The notes: generated by a model not told the origin, from the letters alone. A stretch of DNA of 64,000 bases from an uncultured Armatimonadia bacterium (GCA_964622325.1 CAZUOJ010000004.1:1561-65560), one strand, 5' to 3'; counted from the stretch's first letter, positions 47,858 to 57,567 are shown. Made by a program: numbers and translations.

Positions 47858-47886
47858 TTGACGCTGCGCTTTTTGCGCATTACAAT
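47858..47886 (+). promoter_or_regulatory. Sigma-70-like promoter (TTGACG-17-TACAAT) driving the cobalamin riboswitch operon
   Basis: ccTTGACGctgcgctttttgcgcatTACAATtcc. Coordinates are approximate to plus or minus 1 to 2 nt. Confidence 0.45.
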
Positions 47887-47892
47887 TCCTCA

Positions 47893-48181
47893 TAGACAAG
47901 GGAAGCTGGTGCAAATCCAGCGCTGCCCCGCAACCGTAATCGGGGACGAAAGCCACACGAATCGGCGTAAATCAATGAGATTTCCGTGAGGCGAGACTGA
48001 ATACATTAAAAGCCTCGGCCGATTCGGCAAGCCACCGGAAATAAGCTTTCTGGGAAGGCGTGGCGATTAGGAGGATCCGAGAGCCGGGATACCGTCAGCG
48101 GCCCCATTCCTCGAGGGCGGGAATGGCGGCGTATTGGCAAGCTGCCCTGAGATCATTTCATGATCTCCCGGCGGCTTTTTT
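47893..48181 (+). ncRNA. Cobalamin (adenosylcobalamin) riboswitch with terminator-type expression platform
   Basis: Aptamer core GGGAAGCTGGTGCAAATCCAGCGCTGCCCCGCAACCGTAA matches the B12-element consensus GGTGNAANTCC...GCCCGCAACNGTAA. B12-box-like GCCACCGGAA...GGGAAGGCG downstream. A GAGATCAT-ttc-ATGATCTC hairpin plus a TTTTTT tract at about 48176-48181 precedes the btuF-like gene. Confidence 0.8.
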
Positions 48182-48215
48182 AGTTTTCATTCGCCCTCTG
48201 GGAAGGATCCAGCAG

Positions 48216-49205
48216 ATGTCGCGCTGTTTTTATGGAATGTTAATTATTGTGTTTCTTTGTGGGGCAGCTTCAGGCTGTCGAAAAATCGAGGCAAATATCC
48301 CTGCAGGGGCTACAGAAGCTGTTTCGCGTCCTGCTCCCCTCTCCCCTGCTTCAAATGCCTATCCTTTAACATTGACGGATGATCTGGGACAAACGATTAC
48401 ATTGTCAAAGCCTCCCCAGCGAATAATTTCTCTGGCTCCTAGCTTGACGGAAATTCTTTTTGCCTTAGGCTTGGGCGATCGTGTTGTCGGCGTGACAACA
48501 TATTGCCATTATCCACCGGAAGCCACGAAAAAAGAAAAAATTGGCGGCTATGTCAACGCCAGCCACGAAAAAATTGTCTCTTTAACGCCTGATCTTGTAT
48601 TCGCTACGCGTGGCACGCCCCGTACTTTTATCGAAGGGCTGAGCCGCGCGGGCATCCCTGTTCTGGCTGTCGATCAGACAAGCTTTGCCCAGATTCTTCA
48701 TTCTTTCGCCTTTATTGCTCAAGCCTGTGGCGTGCCTCAAAAAGGCGAAGAGCTTGCGGCGCGGCTGCAGCGCGTGCGCGAGGAAATCAGCCAGAAAACA
48801 GGCTCCCTGAAGCCAGAACAGCGGCCGCGTGCCTTGTTAGTGTTGTCCTTGCAGCCGCTATTTGTCTGTGGGCCAGGCAGCTTTCAAGATGAAATGCTGG
48901 AAGTCTGCGGCGCCCGCAATGTGAGCGGCATTTCCCAGCCTTTTGGCCCGCTATCCGAGGAAGCCGTTGTAGCAAAGGATCCGCAAACACTGATTTTTCC
49001 CAGCATTGACAACGGCCAGGCCGTGACGAAAAACAGCCTCTTGACAAAGCTGCAAGCCCGTCCCGCCTGGAAGAACACAACGGCTGTTAAAAAGCGCCGG
49101 CTGATTATCATCAATGTGGATTATTTGAGCATCCCGGGCCCCCGCCTGGAAAAAGGATTGCGCGAGCTGGCCACGCAATTGCATCCGGAGCTGTTTAAGC
49201 CATGA
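48216..49205 (+). CDS. ABC transporter periplasmic substrate-binding lipoprotein, cobalamin/siderophore (BtuF/FecB, PBP class III) family
   Basis: Lipoprotein signal MSRCFYGMLIIVFLCGAASGC. GGAAGGA Shine-Dalgarno. ISLAPSLTEILFALGLGDRVVGVT matches the BtuF-like motif. Riboswitch-controlled. Confidence 0.75.
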   Translation: MSRCFYGMLIIVFLCGAASGCRKIEANIPAGATEAVSRPAPLSPASNAYPLTLTDDLGQTITLSKPPQRIISLAPSLTEILFALGLGDRVVGVTTYCHYPPEATKKEKIGGYVNASHEKIVSLTPDLVFATRGTPRTFIEGLSRAGIPVLAVDQTSFAQILHSFAFIAQACGVPQKGEELAARLQRVREEISQKTGSLKPEQRPRALLVLSLQPLFVCGPGSFQDEMLEVCGARNVSGISQPFGPLSEEAVVAKDPQTLIFPSIDNGQAVTKNSLLTKLQARPAWKNTTAVKKRRLIIINVDYLSIPGPRLEKGLRELATQLHPELFKP

Positions 49206-50002
49206 ATGAGTCTTGTTGCCCTCTTTTGCAACTAGACAATGTTTGCGCTGCTTATGATGCTTTTGAAGTTTTGCATGGCATAGATTTGCCTGTGCCAGCA
49301 GGACAAATGCTGGGCATTTTGGGGCCCAACGGATCGGGAAAAAGCACGCTCCTGCGCGTGATTGCAGGCCTGCTGCCTCCCTCAGCTGGCCATATTTATT
49401 TGCAAGGCAAAGAGCTGTCCCAATATAGCGCACGCCAACGAGCTCGTTTCATGGCTTTTGTGCCACAATCTGTTTCTCTGGCCTTTGCTTTCACTGTGTT
49501 TGATGTTGTGGCGATGGGCCGTCATCCTTATGTAGGCCTTTTAGGCTCGCTCAGCAAAAAAGATTATGAGATTATACATCAGGCGCTGGAGCAAACACAT
49601 TGCACAGATTTGCAAGAGCGCATTGTGACAGAATTAAGCGGCGGGGAATTGCAACGAGTCATCATTGCCCGCGCTTTAGCCCAAGAGCCGCGAATACTTT
49701 TGTTAGATGAGCCCACAGCCCATCTAGATGTACATCATCAATTAGATATCGCTCATTTATTGCAAAGGCTGAATCGCGAACAAAACATTACAATATTATG
49801 GGTCTCTCATGACATTAATTTAGCAGCAGAATTTTGCGAGCGTCTTGTGATTTTGCACGAAGGCCGCATTTTTATTGAGGGAAAGCCGGAAGATGTGATA
49901 AAGCCGGCTTATATGGAACAAATTTATAGTCGGCCGCTGCCCATTACGCTTAATCCGCTCTCGGGAAGGCCGCAAATTATCATTAGCGGAGTGGAAGGAT
50001 GA
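49202..50002 (+). CDS. ABC transporter ATP-binding protein (FecE/BtuD family)
   Basis: Walker A GPNGSGKST, signature LSGGELQRVIIARAL, Walker B ILLLDEPTAHLD. ATGA overlap with the upstream gene. Confidence 0.85.
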   Translation: MNESCCPLLQLDNVCAAYDAFEVLHGIDLPVPAGQMLGILGPNGSGKSTLLRVIAGLLPPSAGHIYLQGKELSQYSARQRARFMAFVPQSVSLAFAFTVFDVVAMGRHPYVGLLGSLSKKDYEIIHQALEQTHCTDLQERIVTELSGGELQRVIIARALAQEPRILLLDEPTAHLDVHHQLDIAHLLQRLNREQNITILWVSHDINLAAEFCERLVILHEGRIFIEGKPEDVIKPAYMEQIYSRPLPITLNPLSGRPQIIISGVEG

Positions 50003-51036
50003 CAGGGACAATCCGTCGTCGCTATTATGGCTGGCTGAGCGGCTTGTTTGTTGCCTTATTAGGCGTAGCGGCCTTGTCCTTGTTCGTGGGCGCCGCACAT
50101 TCTTCCGGGGCCCAGATTTTGGCGGCTTTGCACGATGGCATACAATATCTGCTGACAGGAAAGCCCTATCCGCAGGATGCGTCTCATACGATCGTGCTGC
50201 AATTGCGGCTGCCACGGCTGCTGCTGGCGGGGCTTGTGGGAATCTGTCTGGCAATAGCGGGAGCCGTAATGCAAGCGTTGTTTCAAAATCCTTTAGCAGA
50301 GCCGTATATTCTGGGCGTGTCTTCAGGCGCCTCCTTGGGCGCCATTGTTGCCATTGCTCTGGGCGCCAGCGTCGCCGCCTCCGCAAGCGTCCCGGGGATG
50401 GCTTTTGTGGGCGCTTGTTTGATTGTATTTCTCGTGTATGGTTTGGCGCAACGCGGCGGACGGCTGCACACAGGCACATTATTGCTCACAGGCATTGCTG
50501 TGGGCTCGCTTGTCTCGGCGCTGACATCATTTTTGATGATGATGATGAATGAGGATTTGCGCACTGTTTTATTCTGGCTGCTCGGCGGATTCAGCGGCCG
50601 GAGCTGGACGGAGCTGCGTCTCATTCTGCCCGCCGCTTTTTTGGGCCTCACAGGAGCTTGGCTCGCCGTACGCCCGTTGAATGTGTTGCTTTTAGGAGAA
50701 GAGACAGCTGCCACGCTGGGCTTGAATTTGCGCCTCACAAAACGCCTTCTATTAGCTTTAGCCTCCTTGCTGACAGCCGCGGCTGTCGCCATTAGCGGCG
50801 TCATCGCCTTTGTGGGACTCATTGTGCCCCATCTGACACGGCTGCTAGTTGGCCCCGATCATCGTTATCTTATTCCATTGGCGGCCCTGTTAGGCGCTGT
50901 GCTGATGATTTTAGCGGACACAGCAGCACGCACAATTCTTGCGCCTGCCGAATTGCCAATCGGCATTCTGACAAGCGCGTTGGGCTGTCCGTTCTTTTTG
51001 TATTTGTTGCGTAAACAGGCTGGCTATGGGCTGTAA
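49999..51036 (+). CDS. ABC transporter permease (FecCD/BtuC family)
   Basis: 345 aa with about 9-10 TM helices. The typical FecCD pattern LRLPRLLLAGLVG....AGAVMQ is present. Overlaps the ATPase gene stop. Confidence 0.85.
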   Translation: MTGTIRRRYYGWLSGLFVALLGVAALSLFVGAAHSSGAQILAALHDGIQYLLTGKPYPQDASHTIVLQLRLPRLLLAGLVGICLAIAGAVMQALFQNPLAEPYILGVSSGASLGAIVAIALGASVAASASVPGMAFVGACLIVFLVYGLAQRGGRLHTGTLLLTGIAVGSLVSALTSFLMMMMNEDLRTVLFWLLGGFSGRSWTELRLILPAAFLGLTGAWLAVRPLNVLLLGEETAATLGLNLRLTKRLLLALASLLTAAAVAISGVIAFVGLIVPHLTRLLVGPDHRYLIPLAALLGAVLMILADTAARTILAPAELPIGILTSALGCPFFLYLLRKQAGYGL

Positions 51037-51049
51037 AGCAAATGAATCA

Positions 51050-51099
51050 CATAGCGGGCGGCCTGGCCCAGAATATGCGCACACAGGCTGCCCGCTATG
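51050..51099. terminator. Hairpin between convergent genes (possible bidirectional terminator)
   Basis: CATAGCGGGC...GCCCGCTATG, a perfect 10-bp inverted repeat around an inner GGCCTGGCC palindrome, followed by an A/T-rich tctatttaaaaagaaaag. Confidence 0.35.
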
Positions 51100-51131
51100 T
51101 GTCTATTTAAAAAGAAAAGTTTGGCGCAAGC

Positions 51132-51416
51132 TTATTGCGTTGAATCTCCTCCTGCGGGCCGGGGCCCTGCAGGCGCCGAGGGCGGCTGAGGCTGAGGCGC
51201 AGCCGGCCGGGGCGCAGCTGCAGCCGTTGAAGCCTGTCCCGTCGTCTGTGTTCCTGCGGGCTGGATAGGCCGCCGCAACAGAACGCTGACATGCGGAGAT
51301 GTGCCTGTGATGCCAATGCAATCAAAGCCCTGGGCGACAAGCTGCGCTATCCGTTCATTCAGATAGCCAATTTTGCCGCCGCCCTGTTCAATGATTTGAT
51401 ATTCAAATTGTGGCAT
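51132..51416 (-). CDS. DUF4177-like small protein with Pro/Ala-rich C-terminal tail
   Basis: MPQFEYQIIEQGGGKIGYLNERIAQLVAQGFDCIGI resembles the DUF4177 pattern (MxxEYK...LNELG..GWEL). Tail APRPAAPQPQPPSAPAGPRPAGG. Confidence 0.45.
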   Translation of the reverse strand: MPQFEYQIIEQGGGKIGYLNERIAQLVAQGFDCIGITGTSPHVSVLLRRPIQPAGTQTTGQASTAAAAPRPAAPQPQPPSAPAGPRPAGGDSTQ

Positions 51417-51477
51417 TGCCCTTTTCCCTCCTTTGCCTGTTGTTGATGTTGCTTTATTGCTGTTTGGGAATATCTTT

Positions 51478-52302
51478 TTAACGCCGCCCAAGAATAGCAT
51501 CCATAGATTGGCTTGTGGCTTCCAGAAGCCGCTCCGGGAAATATCGATAGGGCGGCATCATTTCAGCTGTCACAGCGCCATCATATTTAATTTCTCTGAG
51601 CGCCTTCATTACAGCGTCCCACGGCACATCCCCTTCCAGCAAATCCACAAAGCCATCCAAATCCGCAATGCTGCGTTTGAAATCTTTAAAATGCACAGCG
51701 CTGATTCGTTCGCCCAAAATGCGAATCCATTGATCAGGATAGCCAGAGGCCATCACATTGCCCACATCAAAATAAGCTGTCACAAAGGGGCTGCCGATTT
51801 CATCCAGAAAGTTCCGAAATTCCAGAGGAGACAACAAGAATTTGTTCCACACATATTCCACGCCAATGCGCACGCCCGCTTTTTCGGCTTCCGGAGCGAG
51901 CTTTTTCAACGCTTGCAGACTTTTTTCATACGCCACATCATAGGGCAAGGCTGGAGAGACAGTGCAGGGCACGACTAATATCGTTGTAGCGCCAATGGCT
52001 TTCGCCAGTTGCAACATCTTTTTACAAATATCCATTCCAGCTTTGTTAATTTTTCCGCCATCCGCTACGAGAGGCTCTGTCCAGAACAATCCTGTGGCAA
52101 ATGTAGGCGTCTGCAAGCCAATTTTATCCGCCGTTTTCTTAATGGCGGCAATTTGCGCTGCCGTTGTTTTCATATTAATCTCTGCTTCCGGGCCCTCTAA
52201 AGTCAGCTCAATAGCTTCAAAGCCCACATCCTTGGCGAGCTGCATCCGCTCCGGCAGCGGCATGCCTGCGGGGAATGACCAATAACTGATAGACTTAATC
52301 AT
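51478..52302 (-). CDS. Sugar phosphate isomerase/epimerase (xylose isomerase-like TIM barrel)
   Basis: MIKSISYWSF... GFEAIEL ... GIQTPTFATGLFW fits the AP-endonuclease-2 / Xyl-isomerase-like TIM family. AAGGAGGGAG Shine-Dalgarno before ATG 52302. Confidence 0.8.
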   Translation of the reverse strand: MIKSISYWSFPAGMPLPERMQLAKDVGFEAIELTLEGPEAEINMKTTAAQIAAIKKTADKIGLQTPTFATGLFWTEPLVADGGKINKAGMDICKKMLQLAKAIGATTILVVPCTVSPALPYDVAYEKSLQALKKLAPEAEKAGVRIGVEYVWNKFLLSPLEFRNFLDEIGSPFVTAYFDVGNVMASGYPDQWIRILGERISAVHFKDFKRSIADLDGFVDLLEGDVPWDAVMKALREIKYDGAVTAEMMPPYRYFPERLLEATSQSMDAILGRR

Positions 52303-52584
52303 GTGTTTCTCCCTCCTTGTATGGATTAATTTGCATTCTGCTAAGCCCAAATAGTCCAGCCTTTTGCAGGAAGCCGTTGCTGTGCCAGCAGAAGGCCATT
52401 AACTAGCCCCTATATAGATAAATAATTTTCTCAGTTCAGCAGAACATTCCTTCCTTTTCTCCTATGTATTTTGTTGCCAGCTATTTACAATTTTGTGAGC
52501 TCCAGACATTAACTCTTGAGATTGATGGGGCCGATATATCGATTGAACAATTAGACTCAATCCAGCTTCGTAAGAGGTACGGCG

Positions 52585-53595
52585 ATGGCTCTCAATCCCG
52601 AAATGCCGTCAGGGCAGAAAAAGACGGCGCAGACATCTCGCTTGCCCGAGCTTATCTCTGGAGCGCGCACGCCATTAGACATCTTATGCGCTTTGGCGGA
52701 GGATGGCATTGCCTGCGGCTTCAATTTGTGGGCCATGGCAACCGTATGGCAGGATATTCCCACAATCACTCTGTGTTCCATTCCCCCACTTTCTCCGACG
52801 AAAGCTATGGAACAGCTTTCCCATTTTGTTGCCACAGCTGCGGAAATGGATTGTGAAGGGGATTTATTAATGCCCGATTGGTCCGTGGCGCGCCAGCAAG
52901 TCATATGCCTGCGGCCTCATTTGCCGCCCCTTCGGGAGGGATGCTTGCAATATCGGGACACGCATGTATATACAGGGGAGCCGACAGGCGTTATTCTCCG
53001 CACGGCTGTGCTCGGGCCTTACAGCGATTCCTCAACAGAGCCTGTCTGGAGTCGTTTGCCGCTCATGATCCAATATATCACGCCGACATTGCGCGCCTTA
53101 CGGCTATCGGCCGCAGATACAGCACGCGGCATGATCGATGTGGAAAGCGGCGTGTACAGCTGGGCGTATTTTATGGATGCAGTGGAGCGGGAAATGGAGC
53201 GGGCGCGCCGCACAAATGCCGAATTGTCTTTGGCTGTGCTGGAGCTTAAGCCTTTGAAAATTTTGGGCGACATTCCCGCGGAAATACAGCGGCGAATTGG
53301 CGAGCATGTTGTCAGCAGCGTGCGGAAGACAGATATTGTTGGACGGCTCGGGCGTAATACATTTGCCATTTTCTTTTCCGGCACAGGGCCGCGTTCCGCT
53401 TTGATTGGCGCTAGCCGAATTGCCGACGCGCTCAAGGCAGATGAAGCGCTACGTGGCTTAATTTCCTTTAGCCTGGGCGTAAGCGGCTGGGATGGCATGG
53501 GGAGTGCCGATGTGCCGACCCTGCTCGCACAGGCCAGCGAAGCAGCCGCCGAAGCCGCCCTTGTCTCGCCAGGCAGCGCGTTCGTGTACATTTAA
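52585..53595 (+). CDS. Degenerate GGDEF-domain protein (RLGRNTF in place of GG[DE]EF), N-terminal uncharacterised sensory region
   Basis: C-terminal half has the GGDEF fold pattern (SWAYFMDAVEREMERARRTNAELSLAVLEL...DIVGRLGRNTFAIFFSG...AEAA) but the active-site motif is GRNTF. AAGAGG Shine-Dalgarno. Confidence 0.6.
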   Translation: MALNPEMPSGQKKTAQTSRLPELISGARTPLDILCALAEDGIACGFNLWAMATVWQDIPTITLCSIPPLSPTKAMEQLSHFVATAAEMDCEGDLLMPDWSVARQQVICLRPHLPPLREGCLQYRDTHVYTGEPTGVILRTAVLGPYSDSSTEPVWSRLPLMIQYITPTLRALRLSAADTARGMIDVESGVYSWAYFMDAVEREMERARRTNAELSLAVLELKPLKILGDIPAEIQRRIGEHVVSSVRKTDIVGRLGRNTFAIFFSGTGPRSALIGASRIADALKADEALRGLISFSLGVSGWDGMGSADVPTLLAQASEAAAEAALVSPGSAFVYI

Positions 53596-53693
53596 TTTCT
53601 TCTGGGCCCCAAAATATCTCGGCAATTTATCGCGGGAAAGCCAGCCTCTGCACAATTGGATATCGAAAAACAAAAGAAGCTGAATAAGAAAAT

Positions 53694-53724
53694 GGGGGCG
53701 GAGAATACAGACTCTCCGCCCCCC
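53694..53724. terminator. GC-rich hairpin between convergent genes (terminator)
   Basis: GGGGGCGGAGA-atacag-aCTCTCCGCCCCC followed by GTGCGTTTTCCC on the plus strand. A-rich on the other side. Confidence 0.45.
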
Positions 53725-53833
53725 GTGCGTTTTCCCTTGAAAGGAGGCTCGTTTTTGCTTTTTAGTTTTATTCGCGTAGCTTCAGCTTTCGGCCACAATG
53801 TTTACGGCAAACTGGCGATATCATATTTTTGTG

Positions 53834-54454
53834 TTAATCATAAATCCAGCGTCCTGTATTATGCATTCCGGGAAGCGGCGGCTGGACTGTGGCTTCCCAT
53901 TTCAGCCATTTGGCATGGCCATCCGCAAAGCCGTAATTAGCGCCGCCATTATGAATATCCGTCGCAATCAAATTCTGGAAATAAGAATATTGGCTCAAAT
54001 CATTCCAGGAAGTGCCATCATCAGGCCAGGGATGATAGCCTTCATACATTGCCCCCGGCTTGCGGATGGCGATAGCAATTTGTTCAGCTGGCTTTTCAAA
54101 GATGGACATGGCAGCGCCATGCGCGAACAGGCCGTTGAGCAGATAATCCGTCCGCGGCTCGCTGGCCGAAGCTCGATAAGCCGGACAACGGAAAATCTGG
54201 GCATTTTTGACATACGCCTGGAGGGGCTCCCACCAGCTGTAGCCTGCCGCATGGCTCACAACAGGATAACATTCATCATTGTCCTGAGCATACATCATTA
54301 ACGCCAGGCTGATTTGTTTGACATTGCTCAAACAGGCTGTCTGGCGGGCTTTCGCCCGGGCACGGGCAAACACGGGGAACAAAATCGCCGCCAGAATAGC
54401 AATAATCGCAATGACAACTAGCAATTCAATTAATGTAAAGCCGCGCGAACGCAT
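53834..54454 (-). CDS. Prepilin-type N-terminal cleavage/methylation domain protein, DUF1559 (H-X9-DG) family
   Basis: [33 protein letters not shown]... C-terminal [13 protein letters not shown]. This is a family hugely expanded in Planctomycetes, Verrucomicrobia and relatives. Confidence 0.85.
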   Translation of the reverse strand: MRSRGFTLIELLVVIAIIAILAAILFPVFARARAKARQTACLSNVKQISLALMMYAQDNDECYPVVSHAAGYSWWEPLQAYVKNAQIFRCPAYRASASEPRTDYLLNGLFAHGAAMSIFEKPAEQIAIAIRKPGAMYEGYHPWPDDGTSWNDLSQYSYFQNLIATDIHNGGANYGFADGHAKWLKWEATVQPPLPGMHNTGRWIYD

Positions 54455-54930
54455 GGCAATTTTCCTCCTGTGCGCAGAAGATAACTGCTGACACAGCCTA
54501 ACGCTGTGCCGAATAGATGCTTTGCAAAAAAGAGATGGGGCTTAGCTGTGAGGCAGAACAGGAGGCGCCCGCGCAGCGAAAGGAGAGAAACTGATTAGTG
54601 AAGGAAATAAAGGAGTTGAAAGCTTAATGGACTCCGGCTGCACAGGAGCCGGCAATAAGGCGAGGAGCGCTGGCAAAAAGGCGACAGAAGAAGCTAAAAG
54701 CAAACAAGCCGTACAATCCCGATCGCTTTTGGCGAAGGCGTGACGATGCCATATTTGGCCGGCTAGCCCAACAGCCAAAACGATCAGCAACGCCCATAAG
54801 CTAATAGGCGAGCGATAACGGCTCACAATCTCCTCCTCGCTTGCAAAAACACTTTTTACAGCTTAAGATGTTCCCAACGAAGGCTGCATTGCCTATAATG
54901 AATATCGTTATTCCCATAAAAGAGGTGCAT

Positions 54931-56535
54931 ATGTATTCCCGTCGTTGGCGTATCGTTCTTTTATTATGCTTTGCATTATCTTGTATTTATATTTTGCCCA
55001 TTTGGGGAGAAGATTATTCCTGGCTCGCGATTGAAAATCTGCCGAAGCCTCTCCAGGCGCCGCTGAAGCTTTTGGGGACGACAGCTCTGTCAGGCCCGGG
55101 ACGGGATTATTATAGCCTGCCCCCTGGCAAAGCGGCTGTGATAGGCACAATCTCGGGCCCGGCGATTATTTATCGTATATGGTCCACATCCAGCGATATG
55201 GCGCAGACATCCCTGGATATGATTGTGGATGGCAAACGAGTCCCGCTGTATGCCCATGGATGTTTGCCCCGAAACATAGCCCCTGAAGATCCCCTGCAGG
55301 GAATGGACAAACAGGCTTATTGGTCGTATGCGCCTGTTATTGTCAAAAAGCAAGCTCTCTTCAAAGCCCACAATCATCAAAAGACAGCCCCGGAGCCAAT
55401 GCGCTTTTATTTACAAGTGGGCTATCGCGCTGTGTCCGCGGCCGAATTGAGGGAAGCCGCTCGCTGGAATCTTAAAGACATACGAAAAATGCTGCAGAAG
55501 CTCAAGGAGTCGCAAGACATATTCTCCCCTCTCCCCTCAATCGAGCTTGAAGTGCCTGCAGGCCAGACAGTGCCTGTGCCTGTCACAGGCCCCGCTTTGA
55601 TCCTCAATATGGATATCAGCCCAGCTGGCGGCTCCGCCGCTATTGAAGCGGCCTGGCCGGCCGAGGAACAATTGCGCCGACTGCGGCTGCAAATCATCTG
55701 TGATGGCCTGAAAACAGTGGATGTGCCCTTGTTTGGGCTTGTCGGACATAGCCTCCAGCCTCGCGCCAGCGCCGGATTAGCCATACATGACTCGCATATA
55801 ATTTTGCGTTTCCCTATGCCTATAGCGCAAAATATGAGCCTGGCCTTTTTTTCCTCAGGCGCCTCGAATGTAAACGCACTGCGCGTACGGCTGCACAGCC
55901 AGCCGCTCTCAAAGGCCCCGCGTTATCGTTTCTGCGCCCAATTTTTTTCGCAGATTTCCGTTTTAGATCAGCCTCTGACATTGCTGAATGTGGCAGGCGA
56001 AGGCTTATTTGTGGGGACACATTTGAGCGTGAATGGGCAGGAACGCAAGACTTTTGCCTTCCTGGAGGGCAATGAACAGATTTACATTGATGGCGAGGCA
56101 AAGCCGACGCTGGAGGGCACGGGCACGGAGGATTATTTTAACGGCGCCTGGTATTTTGAGGCTGGCGAACGCATACATTTATTTCACGGCGTTACATTTA
56201 AGCAAGATCGAGAGCCGCCGATTGTCGATTGTTATCGCTATTTGATTTCTGATTGTATTCCCTTTAAAAAGGGCTTTCGTTTCGATTTGCAGCACGGCAG
56301 TCGCAACAAAGCCGCGGGCGTATTGTATGAAGGCGTAATGTTTTGGTATCAGGCGCCCCCGATTAATGTGGCAGAGCCTGTATTTGCCTCTGCAGGCCAA
56401 TCCGGGCCTCCGGCGTCAGTCCCCTCGAATATGGCCGACTCCAGCAATTATGCTATTCGGCTTGTCGGCTTTATTGTGGCGCTGGGGATTGTGGCTTTCT
56501 TATCCTGGGCGCTCTTGCTCCGCAAAAAGACATAA
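54931..56535 (+). CDS. Hypothetical protein with N-terminal signal/anchor and C-terminal TM anchor (possible DUF2961-like)
   Basis: AAAGAGG Shine-Dalgarno before ATG 54931 (MYSRRWRIVLLLCFALSCIYIL). C-terminal IRLVGFIVALGIVAFLSWALLLRKKT. Conserved-looking GTEDYFNGAWYFEAG. Confidence 0.45.
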   Translation: MYSRRWRIVLLLCFALSCIYILPIWGEDYSWLAIENLPKPLQAPLKLLGTTALSGPGRDYYSLPPGKAAVIGTISGPAIIYRIWSTSSDMAQTSLDMIVDGKRVPLYAHGCLPRNIAPEDPLQGMDKQAYWSYAPVIVKKQALFKAHNHQKTAPEPMRFYLQVGYRAVSAAELREAARWNLKDIRKMLQKLKESQDIFSPLPSIELEVPAGQTVPVPVTGPALILNMDISPAGGSAAIEAAWPAEEQLRRLRLQIICDGLKTVDVPLFGLVGHSLQPRASAGLAIHDSHIILRFPMPIAQNMSLAFFSSGASNVNALRVRLHSQPLSKAPRYRFCAQFFSQISVLDQPLTLLNVAGEGLFVGTHLSVNGQERKTFAFLEGNEQIYIDGEAKPTLEGTGTEDYFNGAWYFEAGERIHLFHGVTFKQDREPPIVDCYRYLISDCIPFKKGFRFDLQHGSRNKAAGVLYEGVMFWYQAPPINVAEPVFASAGQSGPPASVPSNMADSSNYAIRLVGFIVALGIVAFLSWALLLRKKT

Positions 56536-56660
56536 CACAGAGTCCTGATAAAAGCTGTTCAGGCTGTATCGGCCCTTTTGCTCCAGCCCCACCCCAGAGG
56601 AGGCTGGAAGATAATCCTTTATTCAACAGAATGGGCTTTGCAGTGTTCGCCCCGGGCTCC

Positions 56661-57350
56661 TTAATAATATCGCACATTCAGTATCCGTGGGCGCGGCGGC
56701 AGTCGCCGCTTGAGGACAAAACGCTTCACAAGCACCAATCCCGCTATAAAGCCGCCGATATGCGCCCAGAAAGCCACGCCGCCTTGCGATAATCCTATTG
56801 TCCCCAGCCCTAACAGGAGCTGATACACGAACCACAAGCCCAAAAATACAAACGCCGGAATGTCCACAAGCGTGAGAAAAAAGAATATCGGCACAAGCGC
56901 CCGGATTGTCGCCCCCTGGAACAGGACAAAATAAGCGCCCAGCACGCCGGCAATGGCTCCGCTCGCGCCGACAACAGGCACAGGCGAGAAAAAAGAAATT
57001 ATGCCGTGCGTGAGCGCGGCGATGAGGCCGCAGAGCAAATAAAAAATGAGATAGCGCACATGCCCCATCCGATCCTCGACATTATCGCCAAAAATCCATA
57101 AAAACAGCATATTGCCCCCCAAATGCAGCAGGCTGCCATGCATAAACATCGATGTGAATAGCGTGAGAAGCACAAAGCTGTAGGGGATGTCTGGCGGAGG
57201 ACTCAGCAAATAAGCCGGCCGCAGCATAAACTCTTCTAAATGTCCGGGCGTCGCGCCCTGCACCAGATATATTAAAATGCATGTGGCGATAATCAAATAA
57301 TTGACGACTGGCGGCCGGGAGGATGGGATATTGTCGTGCAAAGGAATCAT
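56661..57350 (-). CDS. Rhomboid family intramembrane serine protease
   Basis: GASGAIAGVLG contains the GxSG catalytic Ser; HIGGFIAG contains the catalytic His. Six to seven TM helices. Start at the internal Met 57350. Confidence 0.8.
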   Translation of the reverse strand: MIPLHDNIPSSRPPVVNYLIIATCILIYLVQGATPGHLEEFMLRPAYLLSPPPDIPYSFVLLTLFTSMFMHGSLLHLGGNMLFLWIFGDNVEDRMGHVRYLIFYLLCGLIAALTHGIISFFSPVPVVGASGAIAGVLGAYFVLFQGATIRALVPIFFFLTLVDIPAFVFLGLWFVYQLLLGLGTIGLSQGGVAFWAHIGGFIAGLVLVKRFVLKRRLPPRPRILNVRYY

Positions 57351-57508
57351 GGCAACTGTTATGCTAGGGCAATTCACGCTGTATGTCAAGTTTTTTGCGC
57401 CAGGGGGGGCATTAATCCGGCTTGGGAATAGCTCGCGTGCTGCCGCAAGCACAAAATGCCCTCAAGCCGAAATTTAATAGCGATGCGTCAAAGAGGCCGC
57501 TCCAAAAT

Positions 57509-57540
57509 AGCAGGCGAGCCATATGCCAGGCTCGCCTGCT
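57509..57540 (-). terminator. Rho-independent terminator of groEL
   Basis: AGCAGGCGAGCC-atatgcca-GGCTCGCCTGCT, a perfect 12-bp stem, followed on the minus strand by AUUUUGG, 28 nt after the groEL stop. Confidence 0.6.
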
Positions 57541-57567
57541 ATGAAGCATTTTTAGTTAGTCTTTATG

